IMG/VR virus record: IMGVR_UViG_3300048576_000501
Location: 1 to 25,539 of that record
Source of the DNA: a virus
Lineage: Duplodnaviria > Caudoviricetes
Reading direction: 5' to 3' (one strand)
DNA: 25,539 nt
Made by a program: the position numbers and the translations under genes. The notes below the pieces were generated by a model. The model searched no databases and was not told the DNA's origin. It worked only from the letters and a program-made list of their open reading frames with translations. Positions 6,516 through 15,332 of the stretch are shown here, piece after piece (the first letter of the stretch is position 1; the number at the start of each line of letters is the position of its first letter).

Positions 6516-8126
6516 TTGACGCCTAGCGACCACGCCGCCATTGAGGAGGGTTGCTATTTCGACGGACCCAAGGCCGCGCGTATTATCGCGTGGATTGAGG
6601 CCGTTTTTGCGTTGACGCTGTACATATGGCAGCGCGACCTGTTAACCATGTACTTCGGTTGGCGCCGCGCAGATGGCGGGTACAGGTTTAACCGGATTAG
6701 CCTTTGGATTCCCAAAAAGAACGGAAAATCGTGGCTAATTTCCGTACTGGTTGGGTACAAGACATTTGAATTGAAATTGGCGCGTATCTACTCCGCGGCA
6801 TGCAATGCCACCCAAGCCAAAATCGTAATGTCCGAGCTAATCCGCCTATGCAAGAAATCACCGAAGCTTAAAAAGTTAATGGACAGGGGGATTATTAAGG
6901 CATTCTGTAGCCCATTCCGCCGCGACTTCACCAACAATAAAACGGGAAGCGTTTACGTAGCACTGGCCGACAACGTTAATGCAAACGACGGGATTATCCC
7001 CGATGTTCTCGTCATCGACGAAATCCACCGCATGAAAAACAAACAGGTGGATGTAATCGACGGCAGCACCAGCAACAACCCGAACGCTACAAAGGTTGTG
7101 CTTTCCACGGCCGGTGATGGCGACAAGACGCACCGGAGTTGGCAGGAATACGCATACGCCAAAAAGGTAATATCGGGAGAGGTAATCGACACGCAGACCC
7201 TGGCCGTAATCTACGAATGCCCCGACGCCGACAAGTTGAAGGGGGAGGAGATTTACGACCTAGATCGCCTAGTGGCGTGCAATCCGGTGTTGCAGGAGGT
7301 ACCGGAGAAGAGAGCCCAGGCCGCCAAAGAAATGGCCATAGCCAGGGAAAAGCGGCAGGATATGTACTGGCGTCGTTTCCGCCTTAATCAATGGGTTTCC
7401 GTTGACGGGGACGAGTACATAGACCAAAAGACGTATAACGCTTGCGAGGTAAAGCCAGAGGACGTGAACCTGGACGGCGCCGAATGCTACGTCGGTTTCG
7501 ATTGTAGCGGAGACGCTTGGGACTTCCGATCATTAACGTTTATGTTCCCACTGGACGACGGGAGGGTATTTGAACGGCATTACGCTTTCGCAGCGAAGGA
7601 CAGAATCGAAGCAATGTCCGAAAAAGACGATATCGACTACAGCCGCTACATATCTGCCGGAGAGTTGATAGAGATTCCGCCCGAGGCCGTTGCGGACGAG
7701 TGGTTACGCGACTGGACTAAGGTTGAATTCGCGAAATACAAGGTAATGCAGATTGCGGCAGACCCGTACGCGGCAAAGTACCTTATGGAATCGTGGACCG
7801 CGGCCGGCATCGAAACAGTTGCCGTACAACAAAGCAATAACGCTCTACTTTCGCCCGTAATAGATGATTACGAACGCCGAATGTCGCAAGGGAGAATCGT
7901 GCATGCGCCAAACAATTTATTCGCATGGCAACTCTCATGCGCCCGAAGGCTTACGATAGCAAAAGACAGATGGAAAATTGTAAAAGCGATGAGCGATAAG
8001 ACCGGCAAGGGGGGAACCGGCCACATAGATTCCGTAGATTCTGCGCTTAATGCGTTGGCAGCCTTGCGCGTTGCTGAGATTGAGCGCGATGCGTACGCGG
8101 GTAGCGGTGGCGCCGTTACCGGATAG
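6516..8126 (+). CDS. terL: Terminase large subunit
   Basis: Walker A IPKKNGKS, Walker B LVIDEIH, STAG coupling motif, nuclease YVGFD...D, ADPY, HID. Confidence 0.95.
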   Translation: MTPSDHAAIEEGCYFDGPKAARIIAWIEAVFALTLYIWQRDLLTMYFGWRRADGGYRFNRISLWIPKKNGKSWLISVLVGYKTFELKLARIYSAACNATQAKIVMSELIRLCKKSPKLKKLMDRGIIKAFCSPFRRDFTNNKTGSVYVALADNVNANDGIIPDVLVIDEIHRMKNKQVDVIDGSTSNNPNATKVVLSTAGDGDKTHRSWQEYAYAKKVISGEVIDTQTLAVIYECPDADKLKGEEIYDLDRLVACNPVLQEVPEKRAQAAKEMAIAREKRQDMYWRRFRLNQWVSVDGDEYIDQKTYNACEVKPEDVNLDGAECYVGFDCSGDAWDFRSLTFMFPLDDGRVFERHYAFAAKDRIEAMSEKDDIDYSRYISAGELIEIPPEAVADEWLRDWTKVEFAKYKVMQIAADPYAAKYLMESWTAAGIETVAVQQSNNALLSPVIDDYERRMSQGRIVHAPNNLFAWQLSCARRLTIAKDRWKIVKAMSDKTGKGGTGHIDSVDSALNALAALRVAEIERDAYAGSGGAVTG

Positions 8127-8133
8127 GAGACTT

Positions 8134-9888
8134 ATGGGTATTTTGAATTGGCTCGCTCCGATGGACAGAGAAGTTACTATTGGAGGAATTCGATTTTCAA
8201 TCCACTTCGGAAGCGGAGACGGTGCCGAGCCTAATTACACGGTTGACCTACTCTCCATCCCTGGAATCTCCAGCGCTATCGAAATCAAATCGAATGATGT
8301 TTCCCAAATCCCACTCAAGCTGTACTTGCGGACCCCAAACGGCCGGCAGAGGTTGCGCACGACACTCGATTACCGTTTGAACAGCCGCCCGAACTCTTAC
8401 CAGAACGCCGCCCAATTCTGGAAAACGGTTGCGATGCAGGCAACTTCTGGGGAATGCTTCATATCTACCCGCGGGGGCGAGCTAAATATTCTACGATATG
8501 GATTAACATACCGGTACGTTACTACAACTGGCGAAGTTCGATACGCCGAGGTTGAACAAGCCGCCGAAAACAACACGCAGGTCGTTATCAAAAATGATTA
8601 CGCATGGAATGAGGTTTTGCATTTATGGACATTTCAGGACGAAATGGGGGCACCTTATCACCTGCGTGATCGCTTCCGCCGCGTACTCGGACTGGCCAGC
8701 GACATGCACAAATACACCACCCGCCTTTACAACCGCGGCGGTACACTTGCCGGTTATCTTTCTACCGACCACTCCGTAAATGACGACAAAAAGAAAACCA
8801 TCATTCAAGCCTTTAAGTCCATGTTCAAATCGTCGCGAGTTACCGCGACCGAAGGGGCAGACCCGCTTATTTCTGCCCTCGATAACGGCTGGAAGTGGAA
8901 CAAGGTTGATTTGACTCCGCAAGAAATGATGTTGCTGGAAGCCAAGAAGGACTTGCGGCTGGACTTCGCCCAGATAATGAATATGCCGCCTTGGAAATTG
9001 GGCCAGACGGAGAATTACCATTACTCTACTTCGGAGAGCGCCCAACGTGAGTACATCGGGGTTTGCCTCAACCCGCTTTTGAATCTCATAGAAAAGGAAA
9101 TTGAAGCGAAGATGTTTTCTGGTCCGGAGGTTGGAAGGCTGTACGTCGAATTCGACAGGGACGCCCTCGTCAGCCTGGATGCCAAGACGATGGCCGAGGT
9201 AGACGATATCCACATCAAAAACGGTACAATCAACACGGACGAGGCCCGCGAACGCTTGAACCTGGAACACTCTGGCCAGGGAATTCGTCAGATTCCGGTG
9301 AACGTGACGAGCGCCGATTTCGTGACGAAGAATGAGGCGCTTAAACTCGAAGCGGCCGCCCTCGATATCGAAATCAAGAAGGCTCAGCTTGAGCAGACGA
9401 GAAACCAACCGAAGTCGACGACGCCACCGGCGCTGCCCGCGGATCCGAAGCCGGAGACGACACCCGGCGAGCCACCTACCGACTACGCCGCCAGCCTGAA
9501 GGCCGTACAGGACAAATACGCCGCTACGATGGCTCCGGACGCGTGGAAAGACACAGCCGCAGTCACCGCGATGATAGCGGGGGTTTGTGGCGAGATTGGC
9601 GCTATGTACGGCATTGCAGACCACGTAGCGAGCTTTGCCGCCCGCTATACCAAATCCGCACTCGAAAGACTGGCCAACGCCACGGCCGTTCCAGCGTACG
9701 AAATCAACCGCGCCGTTAACGCCGCGAACCACGAAGCCATGAAGCTTTGCCGCGGAGTGAATGCGAAAGTTAAATGGGTTGGGGGCGTGATGGATGGCCA
9801 GGTACGGGGGATCATGGAACCTGCCAAGAATAACCAGCGGCATCCACCCATTGATGAGAATTATGAAAGCTTTTTGATTCCCGCATAA
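8134..9888 (+). CDS. HK97-family portal protein with a C-terminal MuF/gp7-like extension
   Basis: AGGAG SD before ATG 8134. LNSRPNSYQ, AQIMNMPPWKLG, NGTINTDEARERLNL; Pro-rich linker, then a KW...DG...HPP tail. Confidence 0.9.
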   Translation: MGILNWLAPMDREVTIGGIRFSIHFGSGDGAEPNYTVDLLSIPGISSAIEIKSNDVSQIPLKLYLRTPNGRQRLRTTLDYRLNSRPNSYQNAAQFWKTVAMQATSGECFISTRGGELNILRYGLTYRYVTTTGEVRYAEVEQAAENNTQVVIKNDYAWNEVLHLWTFQDEMGAPYHLRDRFRRVLGLASDMHKYTTRLYNRGGTLAGYLSTDHSVNDDKKKTIIQAFKSMFKSSRVTATEGADPLISALDNGWKWNKVDLTPQEMMLLEAKKDLRLDFAQIMNMPPWKLGQTENYHYSTSESAQREYIGVCLNPLLNLIEKEIEAKMFSGPEVGRLYVEFDRDALVSLDAKTMAEVDDIHIKNGTINTDEARERLNLEHSGQGIRQIPVNVTSADFVTKNEALKLEAAALDIEIKKAQLEQTRNQPKSTTPPALPADPKPETTPGEPPTDYAASLKAVQDKYAATMAPDAWKDTAAVTAMIAGVCGEIGAMYGIADHVASFAARYTKSALERLANATAVPAYEINRAVNAANHEAMKLCRGVNAKVKWVGGVMDGQVRGIMEPAKNNQRHPPIDENYESFLIPA

Positions 9889-9894
9889 TTCCAC

Positions 9895-9930
9895 TTCCGA
9901 AAATGTGGTTTTCTGTGACATATACAATGT
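9895..9930 (+). promoter_or_regulatory. Candidate phage sigma-dependent promoter, copy 2
   Basis: TTCCGAAAA-N11-GTGACAT-N2-ACAATGT, directly abutting ATG 9931. Confidence 0.6.
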
Positions 9931-10224
9931 ATGGTGAAGAGTGTTGAAGATTCAGATGTTACTTACGGCGGACTCGCCAAACTCGTTTTAGCCGTTTCAT
10001 TTTTGGTTGCACAATCCATAGCTTTGTACGCTTGGGTTTCGTCGCTAAAAACCGAATTCAAAATGCACGAGCAGCGTAACGAGATTTTTGAGAAATCTGT
10101 AACCGAACAGATTAAGCAATTGCAGGATGGGCAAGCGGCCAACCAAAAGGCCGTAACGGATCTAACCAACACACTCACAAGAACGAACACTATCCTTGAA
10201 CAAATGAGCAAGAAAGGAAACTGA
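9931..10224 (+). CDS. Single-TM coiled-coil membrane protein (holin- or i-spanin-like)
   Basis: N-terminal hydrophobic helix LVLAVSFLVAQSIALYAWV followed by a heptad-rich segment. Confidence 0.55.
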   Translation: MVKSVEDSDVTYGGLAKLVLAVSFLVAQSIALYAWVSSLKTEFKMHEQRNEIFEKSVTEQIKQLQDGQAANQKAVTDLTNTLTRTNTILEQMSKKGN

Positions 10225-10226
10225 CA

Positions 10227-10841
10227 ATGGACACTGCCAATGAAAATACTCAGGTTGTTATCCCGGTTAAGCCTGGAATGGCTACTACGGAATTTTGGGT
10301 AGCGCTCGCAATTCAGACTGTGGCAATGGTTCAGGCATATGCCGGCGCTATTAGCCCGACAGCGGCTATTTATGTTGCCGCCTTTATTACGGCCATCTAT
10401 ACGGCCGGTCGAATCATCGTGAAGGTTTTTGGCCAGGTCGATCAGGGGACCGCCGCGGGAGAAACTTCCGCGGCGACTCCCCCGGCCTCGCCCAACGGTT
10501 TTACTCCCAAGCTTGTTTTGGGTTGGATCCTTGCATTGTGTCTTTTAATTCCGCTATCTGGTTGTGCCCAGACTGAAAACCAGCGTGTGGCCCAAGGCGC
10601 TATCTTGGTTGGAGTGCATGCCGATACTGCTTCCTGGTTGCACGATAACGGGATTACTAATCCTGAACAGGAAAGGGTTTTGGCTGAATTGTTGAAGACC
10701 GAAGCGAAAGCGATTCATGCGTACTACGACGGTATCGAAGCCGGGGACGCTGACGCCGTGAATAAGGCAAAGTCTGACCTTGCTACCGCAAATTTGAAAA
10801 CCGAATCAGAGCTTTCGAAGTATCCGAACCCTCCAAAATAA
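10227..10841 (+). CDS. Holin-like membrane protein with an internal lipobox and a helical C-terminal domain
   Basis: KPGMATTEFW followed by two TM helices, then a third hydrophobic helix ending in LSGC. Confidence 0.55.
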   Translation: MDTANENTQVVIPVKPGMATTEFWVALAIQTVAMVQAYAGAISPTAAIYVAAFITAIYTAGRIIVKVFGQVDQGTAAGETSAATPPASPNGFTPKLVLGWILALCLLIPLSGCAQTENQRVAQGAILVGVHADTASWLHDNGITNPEQERVLAELLKTEAKAIHAYYDGIEAGDADAVNKAKSDLATANLKTESELSKYPNPPK

Positions 10842-10877
10842 ACCATTTCTTTTCGGATCGGGAGAAGAGGTGAGTAG

Positions 10878-10916
10878 GCCGTAAGGCCGGAGCCGGTGCA
10901 AGCCCGGCTTGCGGCA
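10878..10916 (+). ncRNA. tRNA minihelix-like element (acceptor stem plus T arm only)
   Basis: GCCGTAA/TTGCGGC 7-bp stem, 7-nt linker GGCCGGA, GCCGG-TGCAAGC-CCGGC arm stacked directly on the 3' strand. Confidence 0.5.
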
Positions 10917-10949
10917 TTGGAAACAATACATCGGTTTTAAGGGTGAAAC

Positions 10950-11132
10950 ATGGAAGAATTTCTTTTGGCAATGAAGGCGCTTGATTTGGCTCTTACCTTG
11001 GCGCCGCAGATCGCTCAAGCCATCGACATTGCCAGGGTGAAGACGGAAACGCCGGAGCAAATGAAGGCGCTTTTGGACACGATGGACGCCGCCGTAATCC
11101 GCTACACGTCGAAGATCACCACCAAAGCCTAA
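10950..11132 (+). CDS. Hypothetical 60-aa helical protein
   Basis: AAGGGTG SD, ATG start, co-oriented within the operon. Confidence 0.65.
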   Translation: MEEFLLAMKALDLALTLAPQIAQAIDIARVKTETPEQMKALLDTMDAAVIRYTSKITTKA

Positions 11133-11145
11133 CCGAGGGAAAGTT

Positions 11146-11736
11146 ATGAAACGGTTCGTATACACAATTCCGGGGATCTTCACCGATGTTGAATCGGTAC
11201 AGACTTGGGATTATGTAGCGCAAGCCAGGTTTGCAAAGCTTGGTTGCGTATCGGCCGGACTTCATTACGGGGCGGATGCAATCGGTGGGGCAATGTGGAG
11301 GGCGGAACTTGCGATGAAGGCCGCGGCAGACCTCAAATGCGCGCAGGACGCAGGAATGGACATCAACGTTATAGCGCATTCGAACGGTTGCGACGTGGTA
11401 GTAGAGGCTTTGATAGCTAACCCTAATCTAAAGGTGGCTAACCTTCATCTTATCGCCGCCGCAATCGGATCCGATTGCCGTGAAAACGGGTTGAATGGAT
11501 GCGCCAAGTTGCAGCAGTTTGAACGCGTGACGTTTTACGTTTCGCCAGCAGACGAGGCGCTCCCGCTGGCCATCGAGCCGTTCTACGGTGATATGGGCCG
11601 ACGGGGGCCAGAGTATTACGATGAATTCCTTTTCCCTCGGTTCGAGAAGGTAATCAGGAATTGCAAACACGGTGATTGGGTTGGGGCGCACTTCGAAGAA
11701 ACCATGTCATTGATTGCGAAAGCGATTGGAGCGTAA
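11146..11736 (+). CDS. Alpha/beta-hydrolase fold protein
   Basis: Oxyanion-like IPGI, nucleophile elbow IAHSNG, LHLIAAA, D (SPADEAL) and C-terminal H (KHGDW). Confidence 0.8.
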   Translation: MKRFVYTIPGIFTDVESVQTWDYVAQARFAKLGCVSAGLHYGADAIGGAMWRAELAMKAAADLKCAQDAGMDINVIAHSNGCDVVVEALIANPNLKVANLHLIAAAIGSDCRENGLNGCAKLQQFERVTFYVSPADEALPLAIEPFYGDMGRRGPEYYDEFLFPRFEKVIRNCKHGDWVGAHFEETMSLIAKAIGA

Positions 11737-12027
11737 ATGAGAATTCTTGCCCAGGGAAAGACGACCATCGGTTCGGGCATTACTCAGCTTGTCCCTACGT
11801 CGAAATTTGCGGCCGGCCGTACATGTGAACACGTTTGGGTCGGTGCCGGAGACTCGAACTCTGCCGCCGTCCGCGTAGGAATTAACGGCACGACTCCCAG
11901 TGAACCGCAGCACTTCCTAGACACGACGGATAAGAAGGGGTTCGAGATTAAGCACGATTGCCCGAACGATTTGCGTGTTACTGGCTCACAGGGAGACGTG
12001 GTTCGGTGGGTAGTGTACGGCAACTAA
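11737..12027 (+). CDS. Hypothetical beta-rich virion-like protein
   Basis: Starts immediately after the upstream stop codon; small beta-sandwich-like pattern. Confidence 0.6.
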   Translation: MRILAQGKTTIGSGITQLVPTSKFAAGRTCEHVWVGAGDSNSAAVRVGINGTTPSEPQHFLDTTDKKGFEIKHDCPNDLRVTGSQGDVVRWVVYGN

Positions 12028-12076
12028 ATCAATTGCGGATTTGACCAGACAACGCATTCATTAGTTTGGAGACTCA

Positions 12077-12442
12077 ATGCTTAACGGCATTACATCAACT
12101 GACACAATTGAACGTCGCCAAGGGGTAACGGTTATCCGCATGGACGAGCATTTAAAAAACATGCGGGCTTTCGTTGCGCGGGAACAACGGTTTCTTATTG
12201 ACCAGTTTTGGAGAAATCCGCTTGGTCTGACACCGGAACAAGTGGCAGCCGGCATGCCTAAGCCCGATGTCGTCTTTCTGTTCGCGGTATCAAAGCAGAT
12301 CACAGACGCTCTTATTGCGTCGTATACGAAGGAAGGCAAGACGACGGCCGAGATTGCCTCGCTTGTAGCCATGCCAACCAACGCCTTCCACTTTGATGCA
12401 GATGGAACGTTCCACATGGACCCCGGCCCTTACGTTCCCTGA
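12077..12442 (+). CDS. Hypothetical protein
   Basis: GGAG SD; 121 aa, co-oriented. Confidence 0.65.
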   Translation: MLNGITSTDTIERRQGVTVIRMDEHLKNMRAFVAREQRFLIDQFWRNPLGLTPEQVAAGMPKPDVVFLFAVSKQITDALIASYTKEGKTTAEIASLVAMPTNAFHFDADGTFHMDPGPYVP

Positions 12443-12499
12443 TCCGAACTCAGCCTTGCATCTGCGATTGTTGATACCGGTATCTGCCTGGAGTACGTT

Positions 12500-13216
12500 A
12501 TGCCGCTTGCCGAGGGATTCCCAACCACCATTACCGTTTCCTTCGGTAATAATTGGGCACGACGACTGACTTGGGATGATTCGTCAGAGTCATATAAGTA
12601 TGTTAATGGCGATGTTCAGGTAAGCTGGTGGGTGAATAGTTGGACGTACGCAGTTTGGGATATCAATGTAACCGTTGGAGAAACTCAATACATTGCCGGC
12701 GAACAATCCGGTTGGGATGGGGTTACACCCAATTATGAAGTTGGATGTAATAACATCAACAATGAATACCCAGTCACAATCGGCGATGTGGTATCTATTT
12801 CTCCGGGAGAGGGGACGGAGGTGGGGGATGATAGTTATTTCAATCAATATGTACCCGGTGGTGGTGGTGATACACCTGATCCGTTGATTGCTGGATCAAT
12901 TTCCAGCTATGACCACGATGCAACTTCAATTATGAGCATCATGTGGGATAATTGCTCTGGCGGTACTGATCCGGTCGTAGCGACTTTGTATTACAGAATT
13001 AAGGGGGGAACGTGGCTAACCGTTGGAAATGTGTACTCTGGATATACGCTAACCGGCTTGCTTCCGAACACAACGTATGAACTGTTTATACGGTTTGAAG
13101 ATGCTGCCTCGACGCCGCAAAGTGCAGATTCAAATACGATTACCGTAAAGATGTTGGGGGTTGCTGGAGCCACACGGATTACGCATTTGACGCTGAATCT
13201 ATCTCTTGAACTTTGA
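12500..13216 (+). CDS. Acidic beta-rich protein with a C-terminal fibronectin type III-like domain (putative head decoration/adhesin)
   Basis: YTLTGLLPNTTYELFIR FN3 signature, W...Y pattern; more AT-rich than its neighbours. Confidence 0.65.
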   Translation: MPLAEGFPTTITVSFGNNWARRLTWDDSSESYKYVNGDVQVSWWVNSWTYAVWDINVTVGETQYIAGEQSGWDGVTPNYEVGCNNINNEYPVTIGDVVSISPGEGTEVGDDSYFNQYVPGGGGDTPDPLIAGSISSYDHDATSIMSIMWDNCSGGTDPVVATLYYRIKGGTWLTVGNVYSGYTLTGLLPNTTYELFIRFEDAASTPQSADSNTITVKMLGVAGATRITHLTLNLSLEL

Positions 13217-13228
13217 CCGGAAAAACAA

Positions 13229-13840
13229 ATGAAAACGATTGAAGGTTGGATTATCCAATACGGCAAGCTTTCGCGGCCCATCACGCTTCCGAACAACATC
13301 GTTGTTCGCGAGCAATTCGCGCCCGCAGCACTGGCCGACAGCGTAACCGCGATCAATGCCGGCGCCATGCAGGCAGAGGCCAATATTGAACACGACGACA
13401 ACGCACTTTGCCGTATCGGAGTTACGGGAGACGGTAAGAATGTGCGAATTGAGAACCGGGAAGAGGGCGTGTACGCCTACGTCGATATTCTGCCGGACAC
13501 GGTAAGCCAGGACGTGTACACCAAGATTAACGCCGGCGTTATCAGCGACTTCTCTATCGAATTCAAGGCGCCGGAAGGGTATGAACCGACGTACGCCGCC
13601 CAGGCCGATGGCAGCTACGTTCGGACGTTTACCAGAGCCATTCTTACAGGGTTTGCGGTGACGACGGCCGGCCTGTACCCCGATGCCAAGATAGTCGCCG
13701 CCAAAGAGACGCCGGACGCAACTAGAAGCATCCGGAAAGCAGACGTTGAGGTTATCGAGCGTGAATTGGCCGAGATTCAGCGACTACACGCAGCCACCCT
13801 GTACCACCGTTACAACGCGTTCAATTTGGGGATTCGGTAA
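13229..13840 (+). CDS. HK97-type prohead protease
   Basis: REQFAPAA, catalytic-like His in NIEHD, Ser in DFSIEF, terminal (P/L)YPDA; lies before the capsid gene. Confidence 0.8.
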   Translation: MKTIEGWIIQYGKLSRPITLPNNIVVREQFAPAALADSVTAINAGAMQAEANIEHDDNALCRIGVTGDGKNVRIENREEGVYAYVDILPDTVSQDVYTKINAGVISDFSIEFKAPEGYEPTYAAQADGSYVRTFTRAILTGFAVTTAGLYPDAKIVAAKETPDATRSIRKADVEVIERELAEIQRLHAATLYHRYNAFNLGIR

Positions 13841-13919
13841 GCACAGGTGAGCCGGACGATGCCGGCCACGCAATCCGAAACCCATAGAGATTCAATTACC
13901 TTTTTGGAGAATTACTCTT

Positions 13920-14981
13920 ATGACCCTTGAAGAACTCAAGAAACAGTACGCCGAATTGCTCGCCAAGTCTGAAACCGAAAAGCGGAGCCTTACCGCCGCG
14001 GAAGTGTCCACCCTGGACAAACTCAAGACGGATATCGCCGCGATGGAAAAGGCCAATGCTGACGCCGCCGCCGCCTCCATCAAGCAGCAGGACGAGAACC
14101 GAAGCGCGGCAGCGGCCGCCGCCCAGTCAGATCGGGATAAGACCTACAACATGCCCACGAATGACTACCTTCGTAGCATCGCCAAAGGCGCCGACGCGAC
14201 GGCCAGCGTGGGCAACAAGGAAGTGATCGCCGATGTTGTCCGGCAGTTCAACGCGCAGTCCCCCATTTTCGCCGCCCACGGCAACGTCCAGAAACGCAGC
14301 ACCGGCAACGCCTTCAGCTTTACCAAGATCGTGAAGGGCAGCAGCGACGGCGGAACCAAAACCGAGGGTAACGCGGGCGCGAGCGATACCACTTCCACGG
14401 CGCCGATGGTGCCCGTGCCGTTCAAGACGTACACCGGTGAATCTATTCTTGTGACGCAAGAAGCCCTGGACGACTACGCCGCGGATATCGGCGCCGAGGT
14501 TATCGGTTTGGGCATGTCCAAATCGTCGCTCGCGTTTGGTGCCGATTGCATTACCGCCCTCAAGTCCGCGTTTCTGGTTTCCACCACGTTTACGCCGACT
14601 GAAACCGCCGCTTCGACATGGGCGCTCTCCGATGTGATCGCGGCGTATTACGAGATCCCGGCGCGTAATCGCCGCAATGTGAAGTTCACGTGCGCACCGG
14701 CCACCGCCAAGAATCTCGTTTCGCTTTTGACCCTCGACAACTCGCCCCAGGCCGCGGCCATCGGCTTGACCAAGGAAAACATCGTTGAAGATGATGCGGT
14801 GCCGGCTGATGTGCTGTTCGTCGGCGACATCACCCTTGCCCTCGCCATCGGCATGAAGATCCCTGTTCGCATCTTCAAGCAGGAAGTTTCGGCCGGGACG
14901 ACGATGGAAGTTCAGCCCCGCCTTGCCGTCGCGCTCCGCGACGCCACCGCCCTCGCGTGCCGCAAGTTGAAGGCCGCGTAA
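13920..14981 (+). CDS. Major capsid protein (HK97 fold, N-terminal coiled-coil delta domain)
   Basis: KRSLTAAE scaffold motif, KTEG, ILVTQEALDD, FVGD. Strong codon bias, GGAG SD, position between protease and connector. Confidence 0.85.
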   Translation: MTLEELKKQYAELLAKSETEKRSLTAAEVSTLDKLKTDIAAMEKANADAAAASIKQQDENRSAAAAAAQSDRDKTYNMPTNDYLRSIAKGADATASVGNKEVIADVVRQFNAQSPIFAAHGNVQKRSTGNAFSFTKIVKGSSDGGTKTEGNAGASDTTSTAPMVPVPFKTYTGESILVTQEALDDYAADIGAEVIGLGMSKSSLAFGADCITALKSAFLVSTTFTPTETAASTWALSDVIAAYYEIPARNRRNVKFTCAPATAKNLVSLLTLDNSPQAAAIGLTKENIVEDDAVPADVLFVGDITLALAIGMKIPVRIFKQEVSAGTTMEVQPRLAVALRDATALACRKLKAA

Positions 14982-15005
14982 TTGCTCAACGGCAGTAGAT
15001 CCACT

Positions 15006-15034
15006 TCCCCCGGAGAAATCCGGGGGGAGAATTT
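15006..15034 (+). terminator. GC-rich hairpin after the capsid gene (terminator/stabiliser)
   Basis: TCCCCCGGA-GAAA-TCCGGGGGG; weak U-tract. Confidence 0.5.
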
Positions 15035-15059
15035 CAACGGCCCTTGAGAGGTAAAACCA

Positions 15060-15329
15060 ATGGCATTCGACGGTACAAGCCTACTCGAAACGACCAAAAA
15101 CGAATTGCGCGTAACGCATGACGTTGACGATGTACTGATAATTCAACACATCAACGAGGCCGTTGAACGGCTTAACAAATTCCTTTCGGAACCCGTCGAA
15201 TCGGTGGACGATTTAACGTTGAGCCAAAAGCGTTTCGTTTACATCCGGGTTGCCCTTACGTATCTCGGCCAGGATGACGCAATGGAACGCGCCGAGGGTC
15301 AGGTTTTGGAATTGATTCGAGAGAGGTGA
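15060..15329 (+). CDS. Head-tail connector (HK97 gp6-like)
   Basis: KNELRVTHDVDDVLI motif; follows the capsid gene. Confidence 0.85.
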   Translation: MAFDGTSLLETTKNELRVTHDVDDVLIIQHINEAVERLNKFLSEPVESVDDLTLSQKRFVYIRVALTYLGQDDAMERAEGQVLELIRER

Positions 15330-15332
15330 GCA

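Noticed and set aside
8050-8133. Longer N-terminus for the portal
   Set aside because: It overlaps terL, and an AGGAG SD supports ATG 8134.
8623-9927. 434-aa minus-strand ORF
   Set aside because: Antisense shadow of the portal gene, with no recognisable motifs or SD. Long antisense ORFs are common opposite codon-biased genes.
10885-10915. Possible cobalamin riboswitch fragment (GCCGGTGCAAGCCCGGC)
   Set aside because: Only a T-loop-like hairpin matches. There is no GGGAA, B12 box or relevant downstream gene, so it is better explained as a minihelix.
13847-13869. Hairpin GCCGG-ACGATG-CCGGC before the capsid gene as a fourth tRNA mimic
   Set aside because: The loop is 6 nt without T-loop consensus and there is no 7-bp acceptor-like stem. 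Probably an ordinary mRNA leader hairpin.
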